NCBI GenBank assembly: GCA_017447725.1
Contig: JAFSMX010000014.1
Coordinates: 14,006 to 78,005 of the forward strand
Direction: 5' to 3'
Length of the DNA stretch: 64,000 bases
Source: Bacilli bacterium
Lineage (GTDB): Bacteria > Bacillota_I > Bacilli_A > RFN20 > CAG-826
Part shown: piece after piece, positions 61,819 through 64,000 of the stretch
Layout of the letters: every line of letters begins with the position of its first letter
Position numbering within the stretch: position 1 is the first letter of the stretch
Program-made: the position numbers and the translations under genes
The notes under the pieces: generated by a model
The model's database searches: none
What the model was told of the DNA's origin: nothing
What the model saw: the letters and a program-made list of their open reading frames with translations, nothing else

Positions 61819-61836
61819 TTTGACAATTAATTTGCC
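61819..61836. promoter_or_regulatory. Operator-like motif copy 1 (TTTGACAATTAATTTGCC)
   Basis: Contains the 10-bp palindrome caattaattg. A near-identical copy lies upstream of the HD-domain gene at 63079-63097. Confidence 0.35.
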
Positions 61837-62075
61837 TTATTGTAATAACGTTTATAGTATACTACGAATGAAATGACATTAATAGCATCAATGAAATGAC
61901 ATTGCACTTTGTGTAGAGTTATTTAACAACTATGCTTTATATAAAACATTTTACGTATAGTGTTATCTTAGACTTCGTGCCATAGATAAGACAAATCACA
62001 CCTGCTTACTTGTGACTGAGTGAATACATCACCTGCGACTAAGTCAACATACACTTTTTAAAGAGAACAAATGAT

Positions 62076-62363
62076 TCAGCAATCAAAGAGCTGTAAGACT
62101 TTCTTTTCATCTATCGATTTCCCGATAAAAATTTCAGCATCCTCTTTTGTGATCTCCACTATGTCTTTCATACAAGATAGGCTTCCAAAACGATAAGGAG
62201 AACCTTCAGGTTCAGAAGCATCAAAGCCAACTCTATTATCAAAAAGCTCTGTTCCACCAGGAACCCACTGTTCTTTATTAGCATCGTAGCGGAATGATAT
62301 GAATTGTTTATCATCTTCTATGAATAATTTTTTATAATCATCACCTAATAATAAGTACTTCAT
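62076..62363 (-). CDS. Hypothetical protein (95 aa), translationally coupled downstream of the HD hydrolase gene
   Basis: ATGA overlap with the upstream gene; no recognisable motif. Confidence 0.5.
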   Translation of the reverse strand: MKYLLLGDDYKKLFIEDDKQFISFRYDANKEQWVPGGTELFDNRVGFDASEPEGSPYRFGSLSCMKDIVEITKEDAEIFIGKSIDEKKVLQLFDC

Positions 62364-63031
62364 TCTGCATCCTCCTTAAATTGCTTCTTATAGTTTTCAA
62401 TATTTTCAACAAAGTGATAAACATCATTAATTATGAACGTCCAGAATAGATATCCTTGCGCTCTAAGATATCTTTCTTCATCATATTTAATTAAATCTAA
62501 GAGGCGGAGGTTATCTTCCATATCGATCATCTTCACTAATGCTGAAATCGGATTTTTAAGACAGATTTTGATATATTCACCATAATCTACCGATTTATTA
62601 TGAGTTATTCGCTCTAAGGCATCTTTAATGTACATATCAAAGTATTTCTCAAATCCACATTCCACATAAATGTCTCTAACATCGTTTAACGTTAACTCTG
62701 TATCCTCCACTACATCATGAAGCAAACAGACTTCTTGGACTCCATCAAATGGAACACGATTTTTGATCATGATGTCTTTATCCATGACACGATCACCATC
62801 AGGACCTATACCAATTAGCTCTCTATAAGTTGTTAGACATCTATTTGGATGATTTGCATAATCCTCGCCGTTTTCTCTTTTTTGATTTCTATGAGCATAC
62901 TCCATTATTTCCATTGCGAGATAGACAGAGCTGGTCATTCCATTATTAATTGTTTTCTTATCAACGCCTCTTTCAATCAAATAATCACGAATCTTTTCCA
63001 AGTTTTTATTCATTATGTCTTCCTCCCTCAT
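62360..63031 (-). CDS. HD-domain (p)ppGpp-hydrolase-like small alarmone hydrolase
   Basis: YANHPNRCLTTYREL and LLHDVVEDTELTLNDVRDIYVECGFEKYFDMYIKDALERITHNK match the RelA/SpoT HD hydrolase motifs. The probable real start is the ATG at 63013, which has an AGGGAGG SD. Confidence 0.65.
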   Translation of the reverse strand: MREEDIMNKNLEKIRDYLIERGVDKKTINNGMTSSVYLAMEIMEYAHRNQKRENGEDYANHPNRCLTTYRELIGIGPDGDRVMDKDIMIKNRVPFDGVQEVCLLHDVVEDTELTLNDVRDIYVECGFEKYFDMYIKDALERITHNKSVDYGEYIKICLKNPISALVKMIDMEDNLRLLDLIKYDEERYLRAQGYLFWTFIINDVYHFVENIENYKKQFKEDAE

Positions 63032-63064
63032 TGCGACTTTATTATAGGAAAGAAGACAATAAAA

Positions 63065-63097
63065 AAGGTCAAACCCTATTTGACAATTGATTTGACC
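63065..63097. promoter_or_regulatory. Operator-like motif copy 2 within an inverted repeat (GGTCAAA-N-TTTGACAATTGATTTGACC), overlapping the -35 region of the HD gene promoter
   Basis: Inverted repeat GGTCAAA/TTTGACC; direct TTTGAC repeats; caattg palindrome. A perfect TATAAT -10 lies at 63046-63041 on the minus strand. Confidence 0.4.
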
Positions 63098-63108
63098 ACT
63101 TTTAATTA

Positions 63109-63501
63109 TTAAATAATTAGAGAATCTGCGAATCCATTCTTTTCTAATAAATCGTTCACTTCATCGATATCATAGATCTTGTTTTCGATCGCATATCGGA
63201 TAATCAGAGCGAACTTATTAGATGAAGCTAATGTGTAACCAGCTTTCTTTAGCATATATTTACATTCATGATTTGTGACATGCATCACTAACGCTATCTT
63301 AAGACAAACATTAAGAGATGGATGTGACTTCTCAGAAACGATAGATGACCATAGCTGTCTAGAAATATTAGCTTTGTTATAAATGTCTGCTGGATTATCA
63401 AAGCCGTATTTATTTATCAATGAGTAAAGATACTCCACAAATGATGAAGTCTTTTCTTTATTGACGCTGTGCTTTTTAATGAATTCCTGTAGCGTTTCCA
63501 T
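63109..63501 (-). CDS. Small HTH-like protein (130 aa)
   Basis: The central segment ISRQLWSSIVSEKSHPSLNVCLKIALVMHV resembles an XRE-type HTH; AAGAGGT SD. Confidence 0.5.
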   Translation of the reverse strand: METLQEFIKKHSVNKEKTSSFVEYLYSLINKYGFDNPADIYNKANISRQLWSSIVSEKSHPSLNVCLKIALVMHVTNHECKYMLKKAGYTLASSNKFALIIRYAIENKIYDIDEVNDLLEKNGFADSLII

Positions 63502-63664
63502 ACCTCTTATATTCTATATAATTAATAATTATTTGGAAAATATTCCTTACCAAATTGCCATAAATATTTATCAAGTTCTTTGAGATTATATTTATCAAGT
63601 TTGTAAAAGCTTCTGACGAATGAGATTAATAGGATGAGTGAAACGACATTACTGTTTGTCATTG

Positions 63665-64000
63665 TCAAATAGCCCCAATAGGAACCGCATAAATATTCTC
63701 ATCAATAGAATAAATGACATCCGTTAAACAAACAATGCTTGAAGGACCAACTTTATATTTCGATCTTAATTCCAATGTTTTAAAAGCAGAAACATCCTTT
63801 TTTGAATATGAAATACCGCTTTTGCATTCAACAAAATGAAGGATCCCACCATCAAGAATAATTAAATCGATTTCCTTTTGATCAATATCACGATAATAAT
63901 AGAAATTAGTTCTCTTATTATGATTTTTATAAGATTTAATTATTTCATTGACTATGAATGTCTCAATAAACCTTCCGGAGAAGATACTATTTTTTAAAAC
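63665..64000 (-). CDS. AAA-ATPase (DUF4143 family) C-terminal fragment; gene starts beyond the window end
   Basis: Minus-strand translation RFIETFIVNEIIKSYKNHNKRTNFYYYRDIDQKEIDLIILDGGILHFVECKSGISYSKKD...AVPIGAI, stopping at 63665-63667. This is the typical DUF4143 C-terminal restriction-endonuclease-like fold. Not in the track because there is no Met within the window. Confidence 0.55.
   Translation of the reverse strand, partial: VLKNSIFSGRFIETFIVNEIIKSYKNHNKRTNFYYYRDIDQKEIDLIILDGGILHFVECKSGISYSKKDVSAFKTLELRSKYKVGPSSIVCLTDVIYSIDENIYAVPIGAI

Noticed and set aside
61866-61903. Two AATGAAATGACATT direct repeats as a type III toxin-antitoxin (ToxI-like) RNA repeat array
   Set aside because: There are only two short 14-nt units with 23-nt periodicity and no ToxN/AbiQ-like toxin ORF downstream. 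More likely these are regulator half-sites.
1-64000. CRISPR arrays, rRNA or tRNA genes, transposases or integrases, restriction-modification genes
   Set aside because: No spacer-repeat periodicity, no rRNA or tRNA-like conserved blocks, and no DDE or tyrosine-recombinase motifs were found in any frame. The accessory region lacks obvious mobility genes within this window.

Overview
Low-GC Firmicutes-type chromosome segment (Bacillus/Clostridia/Erysipelotrichia-like gene order). Evidence for the lineage: L27 carries a Prp-cleavable N-terminal extension, a T-box leader precedes alaS, and DUF1292 sits next to ruvX. From 1 to about 42.9 kb the window is dense, mostly minus-strand housekeeping: recJ (partial), fused secDF, ruvBA, nadE, obg, rpmA-prp-rplU, radC, greA, DUF1292-ruvX-alaS with its T-box leader, an HTH-TrpB fusion divergent from a TrpXYZ-like ABC importer, mnmA, dtd, pdp, an RsmB/F-family methyltransferase, plsC, a cytoplasmic pullulanase, ftsK, RNase J, a DUF1667/GlpA-like three-gene redox cluster, and pnp-rpsO-ribF-truB, ttcA (plus strand), rbfA-infB-nusA-rimP. 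From about 42.9 to 64 kb the content switches to accessory-looking genes: DUF308-like small membrane proteins; a four-gene envelope operon (a 303 aa anchored protein, a 1214 aa giant N-anchored protein, a PAP2 phosphatase, a 537 aa secreted protein); an XRE-TM regulator divergent from a NERD nuclease plus a polytopic membrane protein; two lipoproteins; a PTS-EIIC-like permease; an ECF sigma/anti-sigma pair; a LMW protein-tyrosine phosphatase; a frameshifted surface protein; and a terminal module of an HD-domain (RelA/SpoT-type) small alarmone hydrolase with a 95 aa partner, a small HTH protein, and a DUF4143 ATPase running off the window end. That last module is flanked by two copies of a 19-bp TTTGACAATTNATTTG operator-like motif and by a GC-rich structured intergenic RNA-like element. 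No CRISPR array, rRNA or tRNA genes and no clear transposase were seen. All functional calls are made by eye from motifs and synteny; no database search was run.
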